From Methanococcus maripaludis (GTDB lineage: Archaea > AGJL01 > Methanococci > Methanococcales > Methanococcaceae), in assembly GCF_002945325.1 (NCBI RefSeq), contig NZ_CP026606.1, forward strand, positions 30,001-62,000: a stretch of 32,000 bases of DNA. The letters run 5' to 3'. Numbering within the stretch: position 1 is the first letter of the stretch; the number at the start of each line of letters is the position of its first letter. Of the stretch, positions 18,998-27,936 are shown one piece after another. Made by a program: the position numbers and the translations under genes. The notes under the pieces are model-generated. The model made no database searches. It saw nothing but the letters and a program-made list of their open reading frames with translations, and was not told the DNA's origin.

Positions 18998-19010
18998 TTT
19001 GTGTGTATTT

Positions 19011-19823
19011 ATGGAGATTTTTTTAATCTATTTACTTTTATTGGTTGTTGGATGTATTGTTGGTTTTACGACTGGTGCTTTGGGGCTTGGTGGCGGTTTC
19101 CTGATGGTTCCAATATTAATTTATATATTCCAAAATCTAGGGATATCTAACGACTATGTCGTTGCAATGGCCGTTGGAACAAGTCTTTCAGTTATTTTTT
19201 TAACTTCGCTAAACAGTGCTTATTCACATTCAAAATTTGGAAACATAATTTGGAAGTACTCGTTATTGCTCGGGTTTTCGGGAATCATGGGAACTTTTGT
19301 AGGGGTCCAAATCGTTACAAAGTACCTAAGCGGTGATCTTCACCGAATTTTATTCGGCATCATGTTAATAATCCTTTCTTTAAATATGGCGCTCAGTAAA
19401 TCTGACCCGAAGGTGGAAAAAAGCCAGGAAATTAAATATCTGCCAGTTATATTTTGCGGATTTTTGATAGGAATTTTATCAAGCATGTTTGGAATTGGCG
19501 GTGGAACTATTGCAATTCCAATTTTAACGATATTTTTAAAAACGCCGATAAAAAAAAGCATAGGCACTTCTCTTGGAATGATGGTAATAATTTCATTGAG
19601 TGGAGCTTTGGGATATTTCACAAACCCCGTTACAATACCGCAAGCGTATAATTATTTAAACTTTATAGGCTACGTATCATTGACATCTGCTTTGTCGATA
19701 GGTGTTATGAGCATCATATTTTCAAGATATGGGGCTAAACTCTCAAACAGCATAAATGCCAGCCTTTTAAAAAAATTTTTCGGCATCATCCTCATGTTTG
19801 TTGGACTTACAATGATAATTTAA
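19011..19823 (+). CDS. TauE/SafE (DUF81) family anion (sulfite/sulfonate-type) permease
   Basis: Two internally repeated halves, each beginning G(A/G)LGLGGGFLMVPIL / MFGIGGGTIAIPIL, and 7-8 TM segments. Start at ATG 19011. Confidence 0.85.
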   Translation: MEIFLIYLLLLVVGCIVGFTTGALGLGGGFLMVPILIYIFQNLGISNDYVVAMAVGTSLSVIFLTSLNSAYSHSKFGNIIWKYSLLLGFSGIMGTFVGVQIVTKYLSGDLHRILFGIMLIILSLNMALSKSDPKVEKSQEIKYLPVIFCGFLIGILSSMFGIGGGTIAIPILTIFLKTPIKKSIGTSLGMMVIISLSGALGYFTNPVTIPQAYNYLNFIGYVSLTSALSIGVMSIIFSRYGAKLSNSINASLLKKFFGIILMFVGLTMII

Positions 19824-19880
19824 TTAAAATCAACCCCCGAATAATTTTAAAATTAATTTATTTTAATTAACGGTGATATA

Positions 19881-21392
19881 TTGAAGACTATTTTAGGAAA
19901 AATTCATTTAAAATGGTGTAAAAACTGTAACCTTCCTGTGCTTGATACCAAATGTGCAATTTGTGATTCTGAAACAGTTGATGTTAAAGTAACGCCTCCT
20001 GGAGATGCAAGACCTGCATTTAAAGGTGATTTGGAGTTAATAAATAAAACAATAAATTTACAATTTGGAGTAGAAGAAAATTTGTTTAAAAATAAACTAG
20101 TTTTGGTAAACAAGGCTCCAGGAATTGAATATTTTCAAGAAATTATTGTTGATGGAATAATTTTTGGAATTTTAAATTTTAACGAGAAAAAACACGAATG
20201 GAAGATAATTCCAACAATAGAAGGGGCTAGAAGGCTTATCATCGCAGGTTGTAAGAAAAAATTACTTGTAGTAAAAGAAGATGTTCCAAAATTTATTTTA
20301 AATAAAGGAGCATCTGTTTTAAGGCCAGGTGTTGATTATGCATCCGAAGATATAACTAAAGATGACGATGTAATCATTTTAATTGAAAAAGCCGATTCAA
20401 GCACTGATTTTAATGAAATGGATGTTTTGGGTGTTGGTCGGGCCAGAATGGACTATGAAGAAATTGTAAATTCTGAAAAGGGAATGGTTGCAAAGGTAAG
20501 AAAGTCCGAACTTCCAAAAAATTCTGAAATTCTGCATGAAGTTGGCGAATTTGACGAAGCAATTGAAAAAATGATTTGCGCAAATAAAGACGCCATGCAG
20601 AAAGTTGAACGTAATTCTATCGGGTTTATGAGAAATACTGTTGTAAAAATTGGAAAGCCTGCTTCAGTTGCTTATTCTGGTGGAAAAGATAGCCTTGCAG
20701 TACTTCTTTTAGCACTTGAAGCGTTTAAAAATACGGATGAGCAGATTGAATTTGATGTATTATTCAATGATACAGGAATTGAATTTAACGAAACTTTAGA
20801 AAATATTGAAAAAATTGCAGATACATACAACCTTGAAATTTTAAAAACCAAATCTGGTGATTTCTGGGAAAAATTAGAAGAATATGGGCCCCCTGGGAGA
20901 GATAATCGATGGTGTAGTGAAGTATGTAAGGTATCTCCTCTTGGAAAGCTCATCGATGAAAAATACGAAAAAGGATGTTTATCATTCGTAGGCCTTAGAA
21001 AATATGAATCGATAAATCGTTCAAAAAAACCGAGAATATGGAATAGCCCAACAATTAAAAAACAGATGTTGTCAGCACCAATATTAAACTGGACTGCAAT
21101 GCATGTTTGGATTTATATTTTAAAACATAAAGCTCCTTACAATGTATTGTACGAGCAGTGTTTTGATAGGGTTGGATGTTTCATATGTCCTGCAATGGAA
21201 ATTGGAGAAATTGAGTTAGTAAAACTGAGTTATCCAAAACTCTGGGAGAAATGGGAAAGTTTCCTGAAAAGCCACGCCAAAATTCATGAAAAAAGTGAAG
21301 ATTGGGTAAAAGGCGGTTGGAGATGGACCAATAAAACAAGAGCAAACAACCAAAAACCCGACGAACCGATAAATGAAAACTGGCTTGGATAG
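19881..21392 (+). CDS. Zn-ribbon + PUA domain + PP-loop (PAPS-reductase-like) ATP pyrophosphatase-family protein
   Basis: N-terminal CKNCNLPV...CAICD. PUA-like segment (VVKEDVPKFILNKGASVLRPGVDYASEDITKDDDVIIL...GVGRARMDYEEI). PP-loop SVAYSGGKDSLAVLLLA. Cys-rich C-terminus RWCSEVC...QCFDRVGCFICP. TTG start behind GGTGAT-ATA. Confidence 0.85.
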   Translation: MKTILGKIHLKWCKNCNLPVLDTKCAICDSETVDVKVTPPGDARPAFKGDLELINKTINLQFGVEENLFKNKLVLVNKAPGIEYFQEIIVDGIIFGILNFNEKKHEWKIIPTIEGARRLIIAGCKKKLLVVKEDVPKFILNKGASVLRPGVDYASEDITKDDDVIILIEKADSSTDFNEMDVLGVGRARMDYEEIVNSEKGMVAKVRKSELPKNSEILHEVGEFDEAIEKMICANKDAMQKVERNSIGFMRNTVVKIGKPASVAYSGGKDSLAVLLLALEAFKNTDEQIEFDVLFNDTGIEFNETLENIEKIADTYNLEILKTKSGDFWEKLEEYGPPGRDNRWCSEVCKVSPLGKLIDEKYEKGCLSFVGLRKYESINRSKKPRIWNSPTIKKQMLSAPILNWTAMHVWIYILKHKAPYNVLYEQCFDRVGCFICPAMEIGEIELVKLSYPKLWEKWESFLKSHAKIHEKSEDWVKGGWRWTNKTRANNQKPDEPINENWLG

Positions 21393-21407
21393 ATTTTAAA
21401 CGTGTGC

Positions 21408-21502
21408 ATATATTAATGAGTTCTTATAATAATCTTATAAAACGAAAGGTGATATATTAATGAGTTCTTATAATAATCTTATAAAACGAAAGGTGATATA
21501 TT
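21408..21502. repeat. perfect 44-bp tandem duplication (2 full copies + 7 bp) covering the leader/RBS of the downstream gene
   Basis: 21408-21451 equals 21452-21495 exactly (ATATATTAATGAGTTCTTATAATAATCTTATAAAACGAAAGGTG), and 21496-21502 repeats the first 7 nt. Each unit carries an AGGTGAT RBS and an ATATATTAA TATA-like element. Confidence 0.95.
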
Positions 21503-21788
21503 GCCAAAGATGTTACTGCTCCCAAAATTAACGATGTCTCTTGGAGGATACATAAGAGAATCCGTTGAAATTTATAATGAAGATGGTGTAAAAGAATTCC
21601 CGCACAGGAACGTTGTAGTTGGAAATCCTACAGCTGAGCCAATAAAAATAGATGTTCCGGCATATGATGAAGATTGGGTAAAAAGACACCAGGAACTTGG
21701 TTTAATTGTGGTTCCTGTTGAAATGGACCAGGATTTCGTTGGAATATTTAAAATGGTTGAAGAAAAGGTTAAAAAAGCAAATTTATAA
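21501..21788 (+). CDS. hypothetical small protein (95 aa from TTG; shorter if ATG 21510 or 21534 is used)
   Basis: ORF directly behind GGTGAT-ATA-TTG, the same 12-mer as at the upstream PAPS-like gene. No recognisable motif. Confidence 0.6.
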   Translation: MPKMLLLPKLTMSLGGYIRESVEIYNEDGVKEFPHRNVVVGNPTAEPIKIDVPAYDEDWVKRHQELGLIVVPVEMDQDFVGIFKMVEEKVKKANL

Positions 21789-21810
21789 GTTATATGTTAC
21801 TGGTGAAAAC

Positions 21811-22488
21811 ATGATTAAAGGAGTGCTTTTTGACCTTGACGATACGCTTTACAATTCTTCGAGTTTTGCAAGCCGTGCACGAAAAGAAGCTTTAAGGGCG
21901 ATGATTGATGCAGGTTTAAATTCTACGGAAGAAGATGCTTTAAAAATACTGAATAAGATTATCGAACAAAAGGGTTCAAACTACGGCGGGCACTTTAATG
22001 ACCTTGTAAAGGCAGTTAATGGAACATATGATCCAAAAATAATCACCATGGGAATTATTACTTATCACAACGTTAAATTTGCTTTACTTAGGCCTTATTC
22101 AGATACCATGAATACATTAATGGATTTGCGTAGCATTGGTTTAAGTTTGGGAATATTGACCGACGGAATTACCATAAAGCAGTGGGAAAAATTAATAAGG
22201 CTTGGCATTCACCCGTTTTTTGATGAAGTTATAACTTCCGAAGAATACGGGCTTGGAAAACCAAATATTGAATTTTTTAATTATGGACTCAAAAAAATTA
22301 ATTTAAAACCCGAAGAAGTAGTTTACGTTGGGGATAGGGCTGACAAGGATATGGTTCCTGCAAAAAACGTTGGAATGACCACAGTTAGAATATTACAGGG
22401 AAAATATTCGGAAATTCCGGATGACATAAGTGACTATTCTATAAAAAATATATCTGAACTTTCAAAAATAATTAAAACACTTATTTAA
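21811..22488 (+). CDS. HAD-superfamily phosphatase/hydrolase (subfamily IA)
   Basis: Motif I VLFDLDDTLY, motif II ILTDG, and motifs III/IV GKPNIEFF...YVGDRADKD. Start at ATG 21811 (GGTGAA-AAC-ATG). The ORF-track start at 21706 would overlap the upstream gene by 83 nt. Confidence 0.87.
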   Translation: MIKGVLFDLDDTLYNSSSFASRARKEALRAMIDAGLNSTEEDALKILNKIIEQKGSNYGGHFNDLVKAVNGTYDPKIITMGIITYHNVKFALLRPYSDTMNTLMDLRSIGLSLGILTDGITIKQWEKLIRLGIHPFFDEVITSEEYGLGKPNIEFFNYGLKKINLKPEEVVYVGDRADKDMVPAKNVGMTTVRILQGKYSEIPDDISDYSIKNISELSKIIKTLI

Positions 22489-22503
22489 TTTTTACGGGAT
22501 AAT

Positions 22504-23277
22504 ATGATAGATGAATTAAAAGGATTAGTACTTTTCATGACTCGAATTCCTGTTGGAAGATCAAAAAGCGACTTTGAAGGTATTGCAAAATATTTCATGT
22601 TCATGCCTCTTGTTGGAACGTTAATTTCACTTTTTGGAGTTTTTACTGCATATATATTGAATTATTTAGGATTTACCTCTGGAAACATAATCGGAACTGC
22701 TGTTTTGTTTACACTTTTATATATTCAGGGATTTCACCATCTTGACGGACTTGCAGATTACGGGGATTCCTGGATGGTAACTGGAAACGCTAGAAAAAAA
22801 TTAGAAGTTATGAAAGACGTTTACATGGGAATAGGCGGTTTTGTATTTGTATTTTTTGTTGAACTGCTTTCTTTATTTTCATTTGCATATCTTTTTGAAA
22901 CAAGCACTTTCACATTATTTTTAAAATATATTATAATAATTGAAACCTGTTCAAGACTCGGGCTTTTATCATGTGCATGCTGTGGAATTCCTGCAAATGA
23001 TGGAACGGGCAGATTTTTTGCAAAAAAATCAAACGAATACCACCTTTTAACGGGTTTGATATTTTCATTAGGTGTTTCAATACTGCTCCAAATACCAAAA
23101 ATTGGGGTACTATGCTCTATTTTAGCGGTATTTTTAGGAATGTTTATCGCATGGAAATGCAATAATAAATTGGGCTGTGTTACCGGAGATATTTTTGGAG
23201 CAACCGCTGAAATATCAAGAATGGTATTTTTGATTGTAATTATTGCATTTACCCCATATTTTTCACTTATTGGGTAA
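22504..23277 (+). CDS. cobS: adenosylcobinamide-GDP ribazoletransferase (cobalamin 5'-phosphate synthase)
   Basis: Polytopic membrane protein with the CobS signature HHLDGLADYGD and C-terminal GCVTGDIFGA. Confidence 0.9.
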   Translation: MIDELKGLVLFMTRIPVGRSKSDFEGIAKYFMFMPLVGTLISLFGVFTAYILNYLGFTSGNIIGTAVLFTLLYIQGFHHLDGLADYGDSWMVTGNARKKLEVMKDVYMGIGGFVFVFFVELLSLFSFAYLFETSTFTLFLKYIIIIETCSRLGLLSCACCGIPANDGTGRFFAKKSNEYHLLTGLIFSLGVSILLQIPKIGVLCSILAVFLGMFIAWKCNNKLGCVTGDIFGATAEISRMVFLIVIIAFTPYFSLIG

Positions 23278-23330
23278 TTAAATAAAAAATTAAAAAAGTA
23301 TGGATAAATAATTAAATTAAAAATATTCAG

Positions 23331-24077
23331 TTATCTGAATACATCTTCTTCTTTTTTTCTGATTAATTCTTTTCCAGTTCCATTCGTAAATGGAACAGGC
23401 GCATTTCTAATAATTACAAGGGGAATTCCCTCATTAGACTGCCCCATAACAGCAGAAGCAGTTGCTGCAAGTTCATCTGCAATTCCAACCTCTGTTGTTT
23501 TTAATTCCCTTCCAAATAAGTCTTTTTCCCCTTTTCTATCCCAAAGTCCGCAAACTCCACTAATTCCGATTGCAATACCGCATGAACCTTTTCTAAAAGG
23601 TCGGCCCATACTGTCGTTAATAATTACGCCAACTTTTTTTCCAGTAATTTTTTCAAGTCCCATTCTAATTTCTTCTGCGCTTTTATCTGGATTTTTAGGC
23701 AGTGGTTTTATTCCTTTTGATGTGTTGCTTTCATCAACTCCACTGTTTGCACAAACAAATCCGTGTTTAGTTTCAGTTATTATAAAATTAGGTCCTAATT
23801 TTACGATTTCGTTTGATTCGTCTAAAATTACCTGAACTACTTCTGGTTCTTTCCCAAGTTTTTTGGATAATTCCATAGCTTCATTGGATGGGGTTATTTC
23901 ATTTTTTAAAATCACATTCTTTTCAATTTTCGAAACAACAGTTTCTGCAATAACTATTACATCTTTATCTTCAAGAGGGTATGTGGAAATAAGCTCTGCT
24001 AACGTATAATCTTCATTTCCACTGATTAATGGAATTTCAAGGCCGATTACGTCCATTTTTACTCTTTCTTTTATCAT
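23331..24077 (-). CDS. cofE: coenzyme F420-0:L-glutamate ligase
   Basis: CofE motifs VIAETVVSKIE, GFVCANSGVDESN and INDSMGRPFRKG, at ~250 aa. Confidence 0.9.
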   Translation of the reverse strand: MIKERVKMDVIGLEIPLISGNEDYTLAELISTYPLEDKDVIVIAETVVSKIEKNVILKNEITPSNEAMELSKKLGKEPEVVQVILDESNEIVKLGPNFIITETKHGFVCANSGVDESNTSKGIKPLPKNPDKSAEEIRMGLEKITGKKVGVIINDSMGRPFRKGSCGIAIGISGVCGLWDRKGEKDLFGRELKTTEVGIADELAATASAVMGQSNEGIPLVIIRNAPVPFTNGTGKELIRKKEEDVFR

Positions 24078-24093
24078 TTTTTCCCACGATTTT

Positions 24094-24930
24094 TTAAATT
24101 TTTGAAATAATACTTTTCTTCATCACGAATATGTCTGGTTTTATTCCTGTCCATATCTCAAAGGAAACTGCACCCTGGTATACCAACATTCCAATGCCAT
24201 TAATGGTTTTTGCGCCATATTTTTTCGCTTCTTTTAAAAAAACAGGTTCAAGGGGGTTGTATATCAAGTCCATTACAACAGCATCTTTTTTAATGTTATG
24301 TAATGGAATAACTGGATCTACTTCAGTATTTGGATACATTCCAACAGGCGTTGTATTTATTATTATGTCAAAATTTTCAATGTTAATATCAAGGCCTCCG
24401 TAATTTAGGGGATTTTCCTTTTTCAATTTTTTAGAAATTTCTTTTGAAAGATTTTCTGCTTTTTCAATATTTCTATTTACGATTGTTAAATTATTATCCT
24501 TTGCAAGTTCGAAAGAAACAGCTCTTGAGGCACCTCCTGAGCCTATAATTAAAATGTTTTTATTGATTAAAATGCCAGTTTTTTCTTCAAGTGCTTTTTT
24601 TACACCAATTCCGTCAGTGTTATATCCTATTGCTTTTCCGTTTTCAATTTTTACAGTATTGACTGCCCCAATGACCTCTGCATCACAATCAATTTCATCA
24701 AGATATTTCATGATATTTACTTTATGGGGGATTGTAACGTTAAAACCCCTAAAATTAAGTGCTTTTGCACCTGTTACAACGTCTTTTAAATTTTTTTCTG
24801 AAACGTCAAATGCAAAGTACCTGTAATTTATTTTAAGGTCTTTTATTGCAGCGTTGTGCATTATTGGTGAAAATGAATGATCTATAGGATGTCCAATAAG
24901 TCCGACTAGTTTTGTTTTAGAGTCTATCAA
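24094..24930 (-). CDS. aroE: shikimate 5-dehydrogenase
   Basis: GLIGHPIDHSFSPIMHNAA, NVTIPHK, GYNTDGIG, and Rossmann IGSGGASRAV. Start re-called to TTG 24930 (GTGAT-AATC-TTG), giving M-IDSKTKLVGLIGHP, collinear with M. jannaschii AroE MINAKTKVIGLIGHP. The ORF track uses GTG 24939. Confidence 0.92.
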   Translation of the reverse strand: MIDSKTKLVGLIGHPIDHSFSPIMHNAAIKDLKINYRYFAFDVSEKNLKDVVTGAKALNFRGFNVTIPHKVNIMKYLDEIDCDAEVIGAVNTVKIENGKAIGYNTDGIGVKKALEEKTGILINKNILIIGSGGASRAVSFELAKDNNLTIVNRNIEKAENLSKEISKKLKKENPLNYGGLDINIENFDIIINTTPVGMYPNTEVDPVIPLHNIKKDAVVMDLIYNPLEPVFLKEAKKYGAKTINGIGMLVYQGAVSFEIWTGIKPDIFVMKKSIISKI

Positions 24931-24935
24931 GATTA

Positions 24936-25433
24936 TCACTTTAAATTGTATTCTTTTTTTAAAATATCAATAAACGTATCATATGCTTTTTCTATTCCAT
25001 TTTCCTGTCTTTTTGTTATGTTCTGTCCTTTTAGTAGATCTCCATAAACATCTGACGAAAAAACATAATCACTGTAATCTGTTAGTATGCAAACTGCACC
25101 AAGTCCAATTCCTGCGGTACTCGAAATTGCAATATTACAATTTAATTTGTTTTTGAGTGCTTTTGCAACTAATTTAGCTACTAATATATCATTTTCCTGA
25201 TTATATGCTTTCGAATATTTAAAAACATAATCAGGCTCTGGTAGTTTAACCTCTAAAAGTGATTCGATTCCTTTTTTCGAGGGTAAAAACATTGAAGCCA
25301 TTACATATACATTCCCGTGAATCATATCATAATTTGAATCTTTTTCAAATTCTTTATATCCGCAGGCAATTTTGTGTATTTTAGTTCCAATTTTTCCGTG
25401 AGTAAAGCATTCTGCAGTAGCGACTGAAATCAT
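24936..25433 (-). CDS. UPF0254-family protein (CinA C-terminal/PncC-like fold)
   Basis: N-terminal SVATAECFTHGKIG resembles the CinA-C/PncC AESCTGG motif, at 165 aa. RBS GGGAGT-ATT-ATG. Confidence 0.75.
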   Translation of the reverse strand: MISVATAECFTHGKIGTKIHKIACGYKEFEKDSNYDMIHGNVYVMASMFLPSKKGIESLLEVKLPEPDYVFKYSKAYNQENDILVAKLVAKALKNKLNCNIAISSTAGIGLGAVCILTDYSDYVFSSDVYGDLLKGQNITKRQENGIEKAYDTFIDILKKEYNLK

Positions 25434-25708
25434 AATACTCCCATTATTTTTTATTGAGTGCTATTAAATTATTTAAAAAACTACTATAATAAGGTATTTC
25501 AAGCTAAATAGGAACTGCTACTAACGTAAAAGTAGCATAATTGTTTTAAGACTAAATATCAAACAAATATGGTTTATTTAATTTTTAAATTAAAATATAT
25601 AATTATAATATCAAGGCTAAACATTTTTAATCATAAATGGCAATATAATAATCTTGTTTGTACGAACTTGTGAATAATTTTAATTTTTAATTTACAAAAG
25701 GTGTTATT

Positions 25709-26755
25709 GTGGCCAAATCTAAAATTATAGCAACATTTAAGGGCAAAGGGGTAATTGTAACTCCTTATACGTTAAGAGATCCATTCACTAAATGGAAAAA
25801 CTTTCAAATGCAGCTTTATGAAGATTCTATAGAATTTATTTTTGAAAATAAGGTAATTGAGGCAAGTTTTGACCAAATAGATGATATGGGATTTGAACTT
25901 CCAAGAAAAGCTCTCGAAATTGCAAAAAACAACCTGGACGATATTTCAGTTTACGGCTCTTTTAAATTAAATCCTCCTGATGAAGATAAATTTAGTATAG
26001 GTTTTGCACCTGAAGCTTCCATTTATGGGGAAACTACGATAAATGCATTCTTAAAAAAATTATTCCAACAGTTATTGAATAAAAAAGAAATAAAACTACA
26101 GTATGCAAGAATTGTTGGCGGTTCTGTAGATATATCTTCAGAATGGGAAGATGGATGTTTGGTATTTGCTAAAAAACCCGTAAAAAAAGGAGTTTCTGTT
26201 ATCGAAGAAATGGTGCTCGCAGTTGCAGTAACTTCCGGAGATAAACCAAAAGTTTATGATTTATTTAATAATATTGAATCAGTTTCACTTGAAACTAAGA
26301 AAATTGACGAAGAAGATAAAGAAGTGCTTGAAATAAAGCAGTTGAGGGGCGGAGAAACAGTAAATTCATATATTCACATCCCTTCAACGAAACTGCTATA
26401 TGTTTTAAGGTACATTTCCAAATTAACAAAATATCACAACACCATTAAAAGTTTACTTCCAAAATCAGAAGATGATCTTGATTCTGAAATGGCTGTTGAG
26501 AGTTGGAGTGGAGATAAACTCAAAAACGAGGTTGAACAGTTAGCGCCAGAAGAACAGGAAATATTAACTGCGATATATACTGGAATCACGTCTCTTGAAC
26601 TTCCAGGTATGATGGGAATGGATATCGATGAAGTCGAAAAAGTTCTTGAAAAATTGATTGATCAAGGATTTTTGGATCTTGTTAGAATTAGGAAAGAAAC
26701 AGATTTAACCGAAAAAGGAAGAGCAGTTACAAACTTTATTATTACAAATTTCTAA
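25709..26755 (+). CDS. cheF: archaeal chemotaxis protein CheF (DUF439-type, CheY-archaellum adaptor)
   Basis: ~348 aa ORF immediately upstream of cheY in an archaeal che cluster. GTG start behind GGTGTT-ATT. The call rests on size, position and family knowledge, not on a motif I can verify by eye. Confidence 0.65.
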   Translation: MAKSKIIATFKGKGVIVTPYTLRDPFTKWKNFQMQLYEDSIEFIFENKVIEASFDQIDDMGFELPRKALEIAKNNLDDISVYGSFKLNPPDEDKFSIGFAPEASIYGETTINAFLKKLFQQLLNKKEIKLQYARIVGGSVDISSEWEDGCLVFAKKPVKKGVSVIEEMVLAVAVTSGDKPKVYDLFNNIESVSLETKKIDEEDKEVLEIKQLRGGETVNSYIHIPSTKLLYVLRYISKLTKYHNTIKSLLPKSEDDLDSEMAVESWSGDKLKNEVEQLAPEEQEILTAIYTGITSLELPGMMGMDIDEVEKVLEKLIDQGFLDLVRIRKETDLTEKGRAVTNFIITNF

Positions 26756-26839
26756 GTTACAAGCTACCTACATAAAAAATACAAATAGTAGTATTCTAAA
26801 AATAACTTTAAACTTGTTTTTATTTATCGAGGTGTATTA

Positions 26840-27211
26840 ATGGCAAGTATTGTAAAAACAATGATTGTAGATGATTCTGCATTTATGAGGAACATTTTAA
26901 AGCGAATTTTATCAACAACAAATAAATACGTGGTAATTGGTGAAGCAGCTAATGGAGCAGAAGCAATTAAAATGGCTGAAGAGTTACAGCCTGATTTAAT
27001 CAGTATGGATATTGTAATGCCTGAAACTGATGGAATAACTGCTACAAAAGCAATAAAGGAAAAAACCCCTGAAATCAAGATAGTAATGTGTACATCCGTA
27101 GATCAAGAGCAAAAAATGATTGATGCTGTAAATGCAGGTGCAGATGGATATATTGTAAAACCATTTCAGGCACCAAAAATTTTAGAACAGTTTAACAAAT
27201 TGTTTCCTTAA
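26840..27211 (+). CDS. cheY: chemotaxis response regulator CheY
   Basis: Single receiver domain with acidic pocket IVDDS, phospho-acceptor LISMDIVMP, T in CTS, and K in YIVKPF. Confidence 0.93.
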   Translation: MASIVKTMIVDDSAFMRNILKRILSTTNKYVVIGEAANGAEAIKMAEELQPDLISMDIVMPETDGITATKAIKEKTPEIKIVMCTSVDQEQKMIDAVNAGADGYIVKPFQAPKILEQFNKLFP

Positions 27212-27226
27212 TCGAGAGGTTTTACC

Positions 27227-27916
27227 ATGAAGTTTTCCGAAAACGAATGGAAGAAACTTCTTGAGATTATTGTGGATGAAGAAGCAGGTGTGGAAACAAT
27301 GGTTGTTAAAAATAACTATGATTTGAAAGATGTAAAAGCTTTTGAAGATATAGGAAAAGCTGCCGCAGAAAAAGCTGCAAATTTTGTTCAGGAAATGAGT
27401 GGCGACTGTGTTGAAGTTAAAATTTTCAAAATAGAACTCAATTCCGCACAAGATTTGATGAATATGGTATCTAGCCCTGAAAATAGCGTTTTTACAAAAA
27501 TAGACTTTAACGGCGATATTGCAGGAACTGGAGTTTTAATCTTTTCGGAAGAATCCGCAAAAAGCATGGCTGATTCAATGCTTCTTGGAATGGGTATGGA
27601 GGGAGATTCTAATGAGACTTTTTGTGAAATGAGAGTTTCTGCAATAAACGAAACCTGTAATCTTTTAATTTCTGCGTTTGTTGATACAATTGCAAATTTC
27701 ATGAATACATCTCTTAACATGACACCCCCAGAATTTTCCACGGGGCAGTTGAGTAACTTAGTAGAATATGAATTAAAAAATCACGAAATAGGATCTAATG
27801 ATACGCTGTTTACATTTAATTCAGAGTTATTTTCTAAAGGAATAGGCTCAGGATTTAATGTATTTATTGTAATGGATCCAGAATCTACAGATAAATTATT
27901 TGAAAAATTAAATTAA
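27227..27916 (+). CDS. cheC: CheC-family CheY-P phosphatase (paralogue 1)
   Basis: Two-repeat CheC fold. The second repeat carries the consensus S-x3-E-x2-N-x22-P (SAINETCN...22 aa...P). The first repeat reads AFEDIGK. Confidence 0.85.
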   Translation: MKFSENEWKKLLEIIVDEEAGVETMVVKNNYDLKDVKAFEDIGKAAAEKAANFVQEMSGDCVEVKIFKIELNSAQDLMNMVSSPENSVFTKIDFNGDIAGTGVLIFSEESAKSMADSMLLGMGMEGDSNETFCEMRVSAINETCNLLISAFVDTIANFMNTSLNMTPPEFSTGQLSNLVEYELKNHEIGSNDTLFTFNSELFSKGIGSGFNVFIVMDPESTDKLFEKLN

Positions 27917-27936
27917 AGGGCTTTCACGGTGTTACT

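Noticed and set aside
21408-21502. Tandem repeat as a possible mini-CRISPR array or mobile-element end.
   Set aside because: The copies are directly adjacent with no spacers, the unit is not palindromic, and there are only ~2.2 copies. No cas, transposase or integrase genes lie nearby. It is treated as a local duplication instead.
21706-21810. Long N-terminal extension of the HAD hydrolase (MWFLLKWTRISLEYLKWLKK...) overlapping the 95-aa ORF by 83 nt.
   Set aside because: The extension has no HAD homology and lacks an RBS. HAD motif I (DLDDT) must lie near the N-terminus, and ATG 21811 has a canonical GGTGAA-N3 RBS.
25516-25537. Hairpin TGCTACT-N8-AGTAGCA in the cheF upstream region as a possible regulatory RNA element or terminator.
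   Set aside because: It has only a 7-bp stem and no adjoining T-run, and I could find no second copy. It is too weak to call on sequence alone and is mentioned only under the che-cluster finding.
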